This document shows positions 52,001 through 64,000 of a stretch of DNA of 64,000 nt, one piece after another (the stretch's first letter is position 1; every line of letters begins with the position of its first letter). Location of the stretch: assembly GCF_036321535.1 (NCBI RefSeq), contig NC_087436.1, forward strand, positions 46,502,001 through 46,566,000. The letters are read 5' to 3'. Source of the stretch: Camelus dromedarius (Eukaryota). The notes beneath the pieces were generated by a model that worked only from the letters and a program-made list of their open reading frames with translations, did not search any database and was not told the origin of the DNA. The position numbers and the translations under genes were made by a program.

Positions 52001-52536
52001 TATTTCCTTCAGTGAGGCTTGTCTGGAAATAGCACATTCACAATCATGAATTTGTATTTACTGTTCAAATGATGGCAGTTAAAATATTATAAACTTATGG
52101 GGCTTTGCATTTTATTCTTCCTTAAAGTTAATTTGTCATGTTTTGCTTTTTTCTCAAATTTGAAAATAAGAGAAATCATATAGATTTTTTTTTAAGGAGA
52201 AAAAAACTGACTGAGGAATATAGGTTATTGCTATAGGATATGGTCAGGCATCAAATGATATCAGTTTTTTTTACCAGTTTTTTTTATAGCCTGCATCTCA
52301 CATGGGGAAAAAATAAAAACACTGGATCTTAGCTACATACAAGTAGTATTATATATGATATTCAAAAAATGTTATTTCACTTTTTATAGCTATTTGACAT
52401 GATGTAGAATGCACTCTTGGGCTATGTTGCATTTGCTAAAAGTTAAATTGTACTGTTACCAACTAGCATCATTTTTGTCTAGTATGCTATGCTCCCAATA
52501 ATAAATAGAAGCTACTATCAATTTTTATCTTAACAG

Positions 52537-52581
52537 GGAGAGCCAGGATCTCCAGGAGTCCCAGGAGTCGATGGAGAGCAG
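52537..52581 (+). CDS. COL25A1: COL25A1 coding exon, 45 nt, GEPGSPGVPGVDGEQ
   Basis: ttttatcttaacag|GGA...CAG|gtaata. Confidence 0.95.
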
Positions 52582-53105
52582 GTAATACTGAAAAATATAT
52601 ACTGTCACTTAAAGAATCATTGTTATCACCACTTTGATTATAGGTTTGAAGCCCAAATGGCATGAGTATTGATATATAGTATCCTCTTCTTTTTTTTAAC
52701 TTTCTGTCCTTCTAGAGACTACATTAACTCTAAAAAAGTAATTGGTTTTAAATTAGACATCTGTTTTCTTTGTCGAAACATACAAGCTATATGATGCTTT
52801 AATTTTGTTTTAATACTCCCCATCAATCTACCAATGACATCTCTGTGAATTTTTAATAGGCTTGTAAGATCATTACCAATTAAGTAAGGATAGCCTAATT
52901 TCAGTGAATCCAAATAATTCAAGATTAAAATCCGTGACTATAGTTTCTACAAAATTAGATATTATTTATATGGGTTATTTTGACAATGTTTTCTTTTTCC
53001 AAATAAAGATTACACCTAATTTTCTAGATTAGAAAAGACAGAAATAAGCAGGGCCCTTGTAGCTTTGCAGAATTTGTTAGTATCTCCAAGGGTTTCCCTG
53101 GATAA

Positions 53106-53282
53106 CAGAGGTTGGCAAACTTCTTCTATAAAGGAACAGTAAACATTTTAGACTTTGCAGGCCATGTACAGTCTCTATCCCATTTTTTTAATGCCACTTT
53201 AAAATTTTTTTAAACATTCAGGCTGTACAAAAATAATCCCCAGGCTAGATTTAGCCTGTAAGCCGTGGTTTGCCCACCCCTG
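53106..53282 (+). mobile_element. MER58C-like hAT MITE
   Basis: TIRs cagaggttggcaaac / gtttgcccacccctg. Confidence 0.8.
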
Positions 53283-54803
53283 GCAGAAAAAAATCTGACC
53301 AGGAGAATATGGACAGTATTCAGAATTCAGATTCTAATCACAAGGATTAGTTTCAAGGTATTTGATGTTTCTGGGCTTCCATTATTTACCCAAGAAATGG
53401 CTAAAATCAAGAAGATCGTAAGAAATCAAGGAGATTCGTGATCTGGTTTGTGAAACATACTCCTCAGGAGATAGTATTAGATAAGAAAATTAAGTTTAAG
53501 AGATTAAGTTTAAGAGAAGGGTTACTTTAATATCAGAGCTGTATGTTGAAATCATATAACGTCACACTAAATAAAGTTGTGGTGGTTAAAAAGGAAGACG
53601 ACTTTAGATGATCTGCTGTATCCATCAGAGATCACATTAGCATGTAAAAATCTGGGTGTATTATCTTTCCCACTGTTAGTCATTATGAATAATTTAACAT
53701 ACCACATGGTCCCTACATATGTAATAACTTAATTTTTTTCCTATAGGCTTTACAAGCTCTTCTTCTTCAGAGGGTTGGCTATTCTGCTGATCACTATCAC
53801 TGGTTTCCTAAAACCAACCAGGGCCTGATTAACCCTAAGATTCATCTTATCTATTTAGGTACCTACCCACCCACTCATGCACCTAGTGGGTGATTCTGAA
53901 GTAGATGCTGTGAAGTATGCATAAGTAAAAAGAAAGAACATGCTCCTGTCCTTGAGTAGTTTTTAGTATAAAAAAGATGAACAGGTTAGTGCAGCCAGGG
54001 AGCCCCAGATCTAGAACTAAAATAGCTATGATCATCTCTGCTGAAGAATGGGCCATCTGGTCATAGTGCAGTGAGCCTTCTTGGATGAAAATGCTCAACC
54101 ATATAAATTAATCTCAGTATTAGTGTCACAAAATTCAGATTTGCTTGCATTCAGAATACACATACATCTATTTCCTCACTGTAAAACGAAAAAAGAATTA
54201 CATCCTGGATCGCCTCATAGAGATGTCATGAGAACAAAATAAGAACACTGTGGGAAAGTGGAAGTATTTCTAAGCATTAATTGAGCCTTTGTGTTCAGTG
54301 AATGATCTACCCATCTGTAGATTGGACCATGGGAAACTGATAGTGATTGGAATTTCTGCCTGCGTTTATGCGGGGTGGACTTAGTGGGTGGAGATGGGAG
54401 AAATTTATTTGGACCTTTGTTATTATAACGCTAGATCCGGGTTCAAAATGTGTATTGTTCTGTTGAGGATTAAATCCAATAAGTTGTTTTCAGGACTGGT
54501 GATATAGAATTAGCTGCCAGGTAAAAATATAGAATTGAGAAAAATGACATGAACACCTAAGTTCATGTTTTTCATACATAAATGGCCTAAGTGATAGACT
54601 GTAACCCCTTCCTTTATAAGGGGAAATAGTATTGATCAATGTAGAAGGCTGCTGTGGGAGATAACTCCCCCTAAAAATGAAAATCAGAATCATATCTGTA
54701 TAGGACCCACCTAATGACAAAATTGATCTGAAAATATGTTTTCCCTAGGATGTAACTATCATTGGTCAGTATAACTCTTAAATGCAAACTGAATCATTTT
54801 TAG

Positions 54804-54884
54804 GGACTCAAAGGCTCCAAGGGAGACACGGGGGACCCAGGTATGCCAGGTGAAAAAGGAGGAATTGGACTTCCTGGATTACCG
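54804..54884 (+). CDS. COL25A1: COL25A1 coding exon, 81 nt, GLKGSKGDTGDPGMPGEKGGIGLPGLP
   Basis: catttttag|GGA...CCG|gtatgt; nine triplets. Confidence 0.95.
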
Positions 54885-55756
54885 GTATGTTTATACTTTT
54901 TATGATGTGTTCATATTAAGATAAATTAAATAATCAGAAAATAATTGTATTATTAGCTGTGGTCACATCTAATGGTTCATGTAATATTTTTATTTTTAAA
55001 TATTTGAGGTATTGGTTAATTACTACAACTAAGCCTCTAAGACAAATTTTAAAGCATCCAACCAAATAAATTATAAAATAAACATCTATGCTTTTCTCAA
55101 TTATTTTCACTAGAAGATAGCAAAATAAATATAGTTGGCCATTAACTTAGTATGCATAAGGTGGTGGTAACTGATCATTTAAAAATAAACCATAATTAAA
55201 AAAAACCAAAATACGTAAAATAATTAAAAAACAAATTACTTGGGAAAGTGTTCCCTTTATGTGTACAATATTATGGGATGGTGTTTTTATGGTTTTCTCC
55301 ATAATTTTTACTGAGAATTTGGAGAGGGACATGTAGAAAAATGTAGGGGAAAAAAGTGTAGAAAACGTCACTGCCCTAGATCACTTTTTAAAACAAGGAA
55401 ATGTATAAACAAATGTCAGTGAACATTAAGTTAAGGGAGTGACCTTTGCTTTTTAAAGTGAGCACCACTATTAAAAATATAACATTAATAATCTGATATA
55501 TTTAGCTTTGTATAAGTTTAACCAATCAGGCATAGCTTAATTTTCATTCACTTTTTAATTTATTTCACATCTCACCCACAATCCTCAGGACCTGAGGAAG
55601 GTTGCTGTTTGAGGCTAAAATGCAAGGGGGTAAAACATATCACGTGCATGATTTTATAAAAATGTCAAGAGGATGATGGATTTGTGGAGAAAATTCAGCT
55701 GTTTCTTACACTTTGAAAGTAACTGGACCAGCTCACCTCTTGATGATTATTTGTAG

Positions 55757-55819
55757 GGTGCCAATGGAATGAAAGGAGAAAAAGGCGACTCGGGATTGCC
55801 AGGTCCTCAGGGTCCTTCC
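55757..55819 (+). CDS. COL25A1: COL25A1 coding exon, 63 nt, GANGMKGEKGDSGLPGPQGPS
   Basis: ttatttgtag|GGT...TCC|gtaagt. Confidence 0.96.
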
Positions 55820-56450
55820 GTAAGTCCGTGGTGGCTGAACTTGCATGGTTCCCAAAACACTCTAACATGGGCCTATTATTCACCTGCGGCAGCCTATGCC
55901 AGATGGCTTATCAACAGTAGAAAGACCATGAGCCTTTTGGTCTGTCAAACTGTAGAAGAAATATCTGTCGGCCCTGTACAGCGAGAGATGAAAGTGTCTC
56001 TGAGGTCTGAGTTAGAAGCAATTTTTCAGAGGACTGTCTAACCCTGAGGAGAAAATCAGTGGTTTTCCCACGCCACTTGCGGATGGAGCTCTGTGGCTGT
56101 AGAACCTACGTTCTTTTTCCCTCCAGAGTCCTGTTGTTGTTTAGTGAAATATCTGAGAGTTTAATGGTGGTGGTAGCATTATAGCGTTTCTTGGTAATCA
56201 GTTGCTTCCTTTTCTTTTAATGTGCTTTTGATTTATTCTGGCTTTTGTAGAACAACTGTATTTTTTTAAGTTTTTTTTTGTTCTCACCAAGGAATTTGTA
56301 AATGTAGAGAATCAAATGCATCACTTCTTCCAGTATCCATCTTCCTCTACAACGATTAATGGCCTTAGCAGAGCCCCAGCATGAGATTCAAGCCTAATTG
56401 CCTTATCTAAATGAAGTAACCAAATCCATGTTTATTTTTCGGACATGCAG

Positions 56451-56501
56451 ATCATAGGCCCACCAGGCCCACCAGGTCCCCATGGCCCACCAGGCCCCAT
56501 G
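56451..56501 (+). CDS. COL25A1: COL25A1 coding exon, 51 nt, IIGPPGPPGPHGPPGPM (II imperfection)
   Basis: ggacatgcag|ATC...ATG|gtaagt. Confidence 0.95.
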
Positions 56502-58592
56502 GTAAGTCTTCCTTCTCTCCAAACTGTAGTCATTTATTTAAAAGCATGCTATCTGAGAAAACAGGAACACCCCCTCAAAACAGCCAGCTTGTATTGTGTA
56601 CTACTCTCTGTGCGATGGGCAGAAGATAGGAGGCGCTTTTCTGATTTTACAGTTTTGACTTTCACTCCCCCAAACACATCCGTTGGAAAGAGAGAGCGTA
56701 GTTTTGTGACAGGAAAGTCGAAGAAAAACAAACAGATTTGGCAAGCTTTACTCCACCCTTCCAGTATGAACGTTGGAAAATCGTTTTAACCAATCACCAC
56801 TCTAGGCCATTCATAACATAACAAGGTTAATAACTGTAGCCATTAATGAATGTTTCTAACCAACTTTGAGGATGAAGACCCTTTAATGAAATGTTCAATA
56901 AGAACATTTATAAAATAATATGATAAAAATTGAAGCTCACTGCTACAGATGACATATATTGTTGGATCTTTTTCTTTTCACTTGTACGTACTTCGGTAAA
57001 TACAATGTTTACACAAGTATCTGTTGGTGATCAGTGAAGACGGTCACCATGTCCTCATAGAATTTACGTTCAGTGAAGAAGGTAGCCACTAATCCAGCAT
57101 AATTCTTCAAATGTCTGCCTAATGGCAGTTGTGTTAAAGCTAAAACTTTGTAGAAGGCAGAATGCTTCAAATGCTTTTGACTGGGCCAGGATGGGAACAA
57201 GTCACACAGCCTCTAGGGTCACATTCATCTAGAAGACAATCTCAATTAATCACGTGACTTCAATCACAGAGATTAAATAAACTGTGGGTCACTCTTTCCT
57301 CCTTTTGTGGTCCAAGAAGGAGCATCACTGGAATCATCTAAACCACAGAGCATAGCCCCAGACCCAGTCAGCTGTTTCTTACTAACTGCCATTTCTGTTT
57401 CATACCACAAAACAATTATAATTAACCTTATTTCTTAAAACTAAACAGTTCTTTAAGAATTAAGCAAATGGCATACTTTTGGCTTTTTTATACTCCCTCC
57501 ACTTTAAGTTAGAAAGTTAAATTTTAAAATGCTATACCCATTTATATCATAAAATTAATTAGTTTAAATAAATTTTAAACCATTACTAAAGTAAAATAAG
57601 AATACTTGATAAAATGGCCATTTCCTGAAAATGTGTATCCACAACTTACGTAAAGGGAAAATATTGTTCCAAAGTAGACATATGTAACAAATATCTACAT
57701 AATCCTTGATAAAAAAATAAAAAAGCTTTTTCCTACTGTTATATGATTTTGCTGATGAGTATTTAAATACTCCTATCTCCAAATAGTTTACTTAAATGAC
57801 TTGAAAAGTTTAAAGCAATCCACAGTAACCTTTAGTTAATTCAGTTTGGCTAATTAGTCTCTATATTTAGATTTTCCACAAAAAGCAGGGGAAAGGCCCT
57901 GACTCATGAATGTATTATGACTTCCTTCCATTGGTGGTTGTTATAAGAGCCTTGACGAATTCATCTTTGTGAAAATAAATGCATTATGAATAATAATGCT
58001 TGATGCCCCTGTATAGAATCCTTTCCTTAGCCTTAAATTAAAGAAACTATGCAACAAAGTTCCAAGCTTGACTGTCATCTCCTCATTTCCTCTTCCTTTA
58101 GATTCCTGAACACTTTGAGTCTACAGGAGTTAGTAGTAGAAAAAGTCTCCTCTTCACTGGTACTTAAACTTTGGAACTTTCTTTGGCAAACTTCTGTCTT
58201 TTAAGACCTACCTCTATTTCATATAAATTTGTAATGTATCTCACATATTCCACCTAGTTTTTTTTAAATAGAGATTTGAAAAATAGGAGTAGTGGGGCTC
58301 ACAAATACTTTTTTTTCGGGTTTTTTTTTTCCTTACATATAACCCTGGCGTATTGCCCCCCCCCCTTTCATAGGTACTTAGCAGAAAGGATTGCAATTAA
58401 TGAATTTCTTATTACAGAACAATCCAAGAGTCGGAAGGAACTTTCACTAGGTATTAACATCAACTATCTCTAACTACAGCACAAACAAAAAGATTCTTAT
58501 TTTACATCTCTTTTGTTACCCTGTATGATAGTCACTTCTGCTGGGAAATAGCGAATCAATTCTTAATTTAAAGTTGTGTTTTTCATTTCCAG

Positions 58593-58619
58593 GGACCCCA
58601 TGGACTTCCAGGACCAAAG
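58593..58619 (+). CDS. COL25A1: COL25A1 coding exon, 27 nt, GPHGLPGPK
   Basis: ttttcatttccag|GGA...AAG|gtaatt. Confidence 0.95.
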
Positions 58620-59324
58620 GTAATTCAACAAATCTCTTGATTGTTTGATGTCTGTTTCCTTGTTAATCATGGAGAAGCATGGTGGAAGCATGTCTGTCCT
58701 GTCTTATTTATTTGTCAAGTGATGTTGATGATCTTTAAGCCTTTAAGTATCCAGATGTTTAAATCTCACAACAACAAACGACTTACTACAAATTTAAGTA
58801 GTATCACCTGGAGATGAATTAGTCCTCATTTTGCCTTTTTTTCTTGTCACCAAGTGAGTTTCTTAGGTTACTAATCATAATATACTCAGAATCAACCATT
58901 TGGAAGTGAATCTGATGAGAGCCTCAGACTAGTCCAAATTCTCTTTCTTAATATGGTGTCTTTAGTTGTATATTCAGACTTTATTCACTGATACTTTTTA
59001 CTTGTCATATAGCGCTGCTGTGTCTAAACACTTTCGGTATCCCATGTCTTAATTTTTTATTCCCCCAGAGGTCACTAGTCTAGAATGGGGTAGGGTGTAT
59101 CAGGTGTGCTATAGTGAAGAGACGGTTACATCACATGTATTCCATACTCTGGATTAAAAAGAGAACTATGGAGACTGGCCCTTCCTTGTCAGAAGTAGTG
59201 CAGCTTGTATTGTGAAGATAGTCTTCACCTGTTGTTGCCTTTGTGTAGCCCAAGAGGACATCTTGGAGGATTAAAATGAGCCCTGAAAGGTGAGCTTCAT
59301 CTTCCAGTGAGCATATGTGATGAG

Positions 59325-59520
59325 GACCCATGTTCTAATGTCAGCTTTACCACTGACAGGCAGTATCACATGGGGCAGAATACTTACACTCTCTGATCCT
59401 TCATTTATACAACAAGGTGGCTTGCCTCAGAGCGTTGTGATGATTTAATGACTATATGATTATAAAACACTTAGCAAAATACTTGGTGCAGCTGTTAATA
59501 AACACCCACTAAATGTCAGT
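59325..59520 (+). mobile_element. Degenerate MIR
   Basis: ggggcagaatacttacactctctgatccttcattt...gttgtgatgatttaatga...aaaacacttagca. Confidence 0.65.
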
Positions 59521-60568
59521 TGTTGTTGTTTTCCTGTGTTTTGATGCTTTGTTCTGAACAGGAAAATTTAGCTAGTCCTCAAGCCTGCTTTAGACAAGGT
59601 TCAAGGACTCTTGAAAGCTCCTCAGTAGTGAGTTGGTGCATTTAAATGGTGAGGGGTGGGGGAACACATAAGTGCAATGTTGGCATTAAGAATCAGAAAG
59701 TGTAGAGGCAGTCCCCTCTCTCCTCTGAGGATTCCCCTGGCCTACCCAGCTTTAGGGGTGATGGAGGTACTGGTCTGACTGCAGGAATCTGAGTGTCCTT
59801 TCCGAGGTGAAGCAGGTGACTCATCCAAGAAAAGGAAGAGTTCATGACTCTGTTCTTCCACCACTAAAGACGAGACTAACTGTAATGATTCAGATCAAAG
59901 CCACCAAAACTGTGCTCAGTTACCCCATCACCATTAGATTCATAGGTGCCCAAGGTCCTTTTGATATCTACAATGCAGTGGTCTGTTTTGCCTGCACTTA
60001 ACTTCAATTGTTACTTAAACCATAGATCACAGAGAATTATAAAGTTGAAAACACCTCAAAGATTACCTATGCTAGTTCCTTGATTTTTATAGACGATAAA
60101 CTATAGGCCCAGGAAATTTAAGTTATTTGCCTTGAATTACACTGCTAGTTAAATGATAGATCTGAGATGTGAATTTAGGGACCAGAGCAGAAATTTAAAA
60201 TTTTTGCCGCAGAATCTGATTGTTTATAAACTCACCTTCTCAATTAATGCCCACTTCCGTCAGTGTGCGACTCCTCACCAAAAAGTTTCATAGCTTACCA
60301 AGGCTGCCATGCCTGTCCATCATCTCAAGATCACTTGCTGAATCAAAGTCCACATGCTTGCCAAGCCAGAACTCTCGTTTAGACCAGGTAACTGAAGTTG
60401 ATTACTGAGCCTTGGCCTTAATCTCACATCGACACTAGTTCTGTGACATGCCCACAATCATAGTTTATGGACCAAAGCACATTTGGCAGCATTGCAAACT
60501 TCCTATCACCAAAATCCACTAGGTCGTGCCAATGTGTTTATTATTTTGTGACCCCTTTGAAAGTTCAA

Positions 60569-60711
60569 GGGGGAGGGTATATCTCAGTGGTAGAGCATGT
60601 GCTTAGCATGCATGAGGTCCTGGGTTCAATCTCCAGTACTGCCATTAAAATAAATAAATAAATGAACCTAATTTACCTCCCCCCCCCAAAAAAAACAAAC
60701 AAACAAAAAAC
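60569..60711 (+). mobile_element. tRNA-Ala-derived SINE (vic-1-like)
   Basis: gggggagggtatatctcagtggtagagc...gggttcaatctcc head, C-run and A-rich tail; TSD aaagttcaa (60560-60568 and 60712-60720). Confidence 0.9.
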
Positions 60712-61885
60712 AAAGTTCAAATATATAGGATGGTTGCACGGATAAGTCTATCTCACGATTTCCAAAAATTTCTGGATGAGAAGAATCACCTGAGAGGCTT
60801 ATTAAAAATACCCGTTCCTGTGCTGCTATGGTCTAGGTGGGACCCTGGACTCTTTGACAGGTACCACATTGACTTTCATCATCAGGCAAATGGGGAGAAA
60901 TACTGCCCAGGTTAGCAGTCCCTCCTGCCATGTAAGCATAATCTCTCTCCCCTCCAGACCCCACATGCAAGGCTCTACAGGGCATTTGAGACTGAAATCA
61001 TCTTCCTTTCACAAGTCTTTCAAGATTTTCTTGATGAAATTAACATCTGTACTTAAAAATTGAAAAGAGAACAAAACTCTATTTCTCTGCTGCTGCTGAT
61101 AGAAGAGAGTGTCCTGTATTCTTAGGTTTTTAAAAATCAGAGTCAGCAGACTTGATCACTTATCAGGACGTTTGTAATGTCACCTTAAGTTGAATTCAAA
61201 CCTCCTTTATTCTAATATTGGGCAGACAGACAATTTGTAAATGTAGTTTGTAAAACCACATTTAAGTCCTGTGGATCTTCACATTCTCTCACATTCTCTT
61301 CTAGGATTGGCTATTTGTTGTGTATTCTATTGATTAATCCATGTAGGGACCTGACTTGGCAATGTCAGTGAGTGAGGATTCGCTAACTGGCATTACTTCA
61401 GACATCAGCTGCTACATTTTTGGCTCATTCCCCTGGGCAAAATGCTTAAAGGCTTAAAATATCTGTATATAACCTGTCCTGCATATTCCAGTTTTCCATT
61501 CCAGCAGAGCGGGTCTCTCCTGCTGAACCTCCCTGAGCATCCTCCACTCTGACTGTCTTTGATTTGCTTGGTCAGAACAATGTAGGATTCCACCAGTTTC
61601 CTTAAGATAGAACTGAAAAATTCAGGTACTCAGCAGTATACATTTTGATTGTGAGGAGCACTTTTTCTCAGGAGTTTTGCTTCCTAGAACATTATTTAAT
61701 TGTCAATTTGTTTGCTCATTTTTTTAATATTTTAAATTAATTTTGAACTGATGGAAGACAAATCTAGCCTGACTCTGCTGTTACCTAAAACTGGAATCTG
61801 CAACCATTTCAGAGACTGGCTCTCTTCTCTCGCAGTTGAAACACCCATGATAGCAACCAAAATTGGCATTTGCTTTTGCATTTAG

Positions 61886-61966
61886 GGTGAACCAGGGTTA
61901 AATGGTGTTAAAGGATTGAAAGGTGAACCAGGTCAAAAGGGTGACAGAGGACCCCTTGGCCTTCCA
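61886..61966 (+). CDS. COL25A1: COL25A1 coding exon, 81 nt, GEPGLNGVKGLKGEPGQKGDRGPLGLP (probably alternatively spliced)
   Basis: ttttgcatttag|GGT...CCA|gtaagt; nine perfect triplets, phase 0. Confidence 0.9.
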
Positions 61967-64000
61967 GTAAGTAAAGAAAACTTTCCATTTCAGTGCCAAT
62001 CTCACTTTTCTTTCTACCCTAAGGAGCAAACTCTGGTTTCCTCGGTGACTGTATAACAGTTAAGACTTCCATAACTGGGAAACGCATTGTGTTCGAGCAG
62101 AGCTCATCCCAGTTTTGTTTTCTCTGATGTCTGCTCTTGTGTCAGAGGAAGACCCCATAACAAACAAGGCCACGAGTGCCCTGTCCTTCAATTACATACA
62201 TGCCAACCTTCCTCTTTTAAGGCTGACAAGTCTCTCCCATCACCCTCCCCTTTAAAGAAGTGCTGTGCTGATTATTTCATCATTTCTCCCGAATGTTTTT
62301 ATAATTTAGGGTTGTTTAAAATCCTCCCCCAATTTTTTTTTTCTTTTTGATACCAAAAACCATAGCCCTTTGTTGGTGGCAGGTGTGCAGCTGGCCATTG
62401 TTGAAAGCGTGAGGTCAGTGCGGTGGCTCCGGACATTAATCAGTCATATCGTGGTCTACATGTTGTATGTCGTTTGTGTTGGAAATGCCCTCTTATGAGG
62501 TTCTTGGGGCAATCATGGAGAGTATGGAAGCAGTATTTTGCAGCTGTTCCGAGTTTTTTTTACTTTTAACAAAAAGAGATTTTCACCTTTCGTACAATTT
62601 ATCTAGTCTCCTTTCCACAACTAAAAAGATGTTTTGAAATTATTAAATAGAAGGTTTTAGTTTCAAGCTTTTAATATGCTGTCTATTCACTGAATGCAAA
62701 CAGAAGTCAGCAAAAGACATTATAGATTACATTTTTAAAATGTGACATGAAATTGGTAACAGAATATAGTTTATACACATATTTTATGCTTAAAAACGCT
62801 GGTGACCACTTTTTTAAAATTTTTCCCATGGGTACTGTACTCTAAGTACTGAAGTATTCCTCTTGATAGCAAATGCCTCACAGAGATCAGGCATGTAGTG
62901 GGTGCTTAATGTGTATTCACTTATTGAATGAATGATACAAGCCTTAGAGCATAGGTTAAATCACACCAATTAGATCATGTCACACACATTAAAACCTCTA
63001 TAACGTGTAAGTCATTAATTCACATTTCAGGTAAATATAATATAATATTATCAGTGCAAAACTCTTATCATCTCCTGATTATTTTTAAATATTATAATAA
63101 TGATGACTCTGAAGAAAGTATCAAAGAGCAAAACAAAGTTGGGATTTCTATTTTATTTAAACTTTCAATCTGAATTTTTTAGAGTTTGCCCTAATGTCAA
63201 ATCTAGGACTAGTGATAATTTTTATGCAACATTTAGCCCAAAGCTCTATATATGCTAGCATTAAACAAACAAACAACACACATTTTTTAAAGTTTTAATC
63301 ATTGCTAACTAAAGATGTATCTTTCAGTTATAATCTGACTCAGGATTATACAGAAGGAATTGTAAAATGAAAAATTAAAGTACCCCCCCTTCAAAAAAAA
63401 ATATGTTATAGCAACATTGGTAGAGTATGCAGCTGGAATAGATTTTTTTTCTTGCATTTTGTATTATTAACTACATCTGAAGCATTAAATGGGGAAATAG
63501 TTTGGCAACCTTGCCAAGAAAATGTATAGAACTAGTGCATTGTCTTTCTTAAATACTCCTTGCTGTAATCAACATTTTTAAAGGACTATAAATAAACATT
63601 CGAGTTTCGAGATATAAAAGCCATGTCAAAAAAGTAATTGCGCTTATTCTTGAAACAAGAATTGAAAATGTCATCTATCAATCATACGTTATGCATAGCT
63701 TAGAGTTCAAGGTAAAGAAAAACGTTCGTTGCCTGAAAACAACATTAGGTTTTTAAAGCATTTCCCATTTAGACTTTGATGCTTGACTACTTGAAGTAAA
63801 CTGAGGAATAATTTTGTTTGGGACAGTTATTTTTTTGTTTGGATGCATGACATTTTTCCAGCATTTTCCTGCTCCTAGAAGTCCCCCTAGTGGTGACTAA
63901 TGTGAACACAGTAAGAGCAACCCAGAAAACAATGAGTATTGTTCATGTGAAATCCACAGTCACCCTGACATGTTAAAATTCTGCATTTGTTATTCATAAA

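Larger units (their letters stand above)
4913..61966 (+). other. COL25A1: Internal part of the COL25A1 gene (19 coding exons and their introns; start and stop codons are outside the window)
   Basis: The exons splice in frame to Gly-X-Y repeats containing the diagnostic peptides GEPGLPGAVGQNGIPGPK, GDPGSSAAGIK and GATEIIDYNGNLHEALQRITTLTVT, in the same order as the human collagen XXV sequence as I recall it. Confidence 0.97.

Noticed and set aside
56451..56457. Alternative acceptor ATCATAG|GC that would remove Ile-Ile
   Set aside because: It shifts the start by 7 nt and breaks the frame; the recalled protein contains GPSIIGPP.
55769..56789. ORFs 55769..56041 and 56445..56789 (and 35003..35191) as standalone genes
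   Set aside because: They are real COL25A1 exons read through into intron; the collagen pattern stops at the GT donor.
1..64000. CRISPR array, prokaryotic operon, NUMT, U12 intron or new multi-gene system
   Set aside because: I found no regularly spaced repeats, long ORFs, mitochondrial-like sequence or GTATCC/ATATCC donors; the window is accounted for by COL25A1 exons, introns and common repeats.

Overview
AT-rich mammalian genomic DNA lying entirely inside one + strand gene, COL25A1 (collagen XXV / CLAC-P, a membrane-associated collagen with interrupted triple helices). I traced 19 short coding exons (24-81 nt, 957 nt = 319 codons in total, all phase 0) between 4913 and 61966. They encode most of the COL2 helix, the NC3 interruption (EIIDYNGNLHEALQRITTLTVT) and the first part of COL3. 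The gene's 5' and 3' ends lie outside the window. Three tRNA-Ala(AGC)-derived SINEs with target-site duplications resemble the camelid vic-1 family, so the source is probably a camel, llama or alpaca (inference). The introns hold ordinary eutherian repeats: MIR, L2, L1 3' ends, Tigger/MER2/MER44, hAT MER20/MER58/Charlie, MER21 and MLT1 LTRs, and microsatellites. The supplied ORF track is mostly noise. I see no evidence of a new gene system. The most interesting signals concern splicing around NC3: a GC-AG intron with a (CA)20 tract beside the GC donor, and a 24-nt microexon followed by TGCATG/ACTAAT motifs. Also notable are an 81-nt helix exon missing from the canonical human isoform as I recall it, two atypical acceptors, a CpG-rich intronic hairpin near 28.4 kb and two dispersed direct repeats I cannot explain. 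Repeat family names and the human protein comparison come from memory, not from a search, and old-repeat boundaries are approximate.
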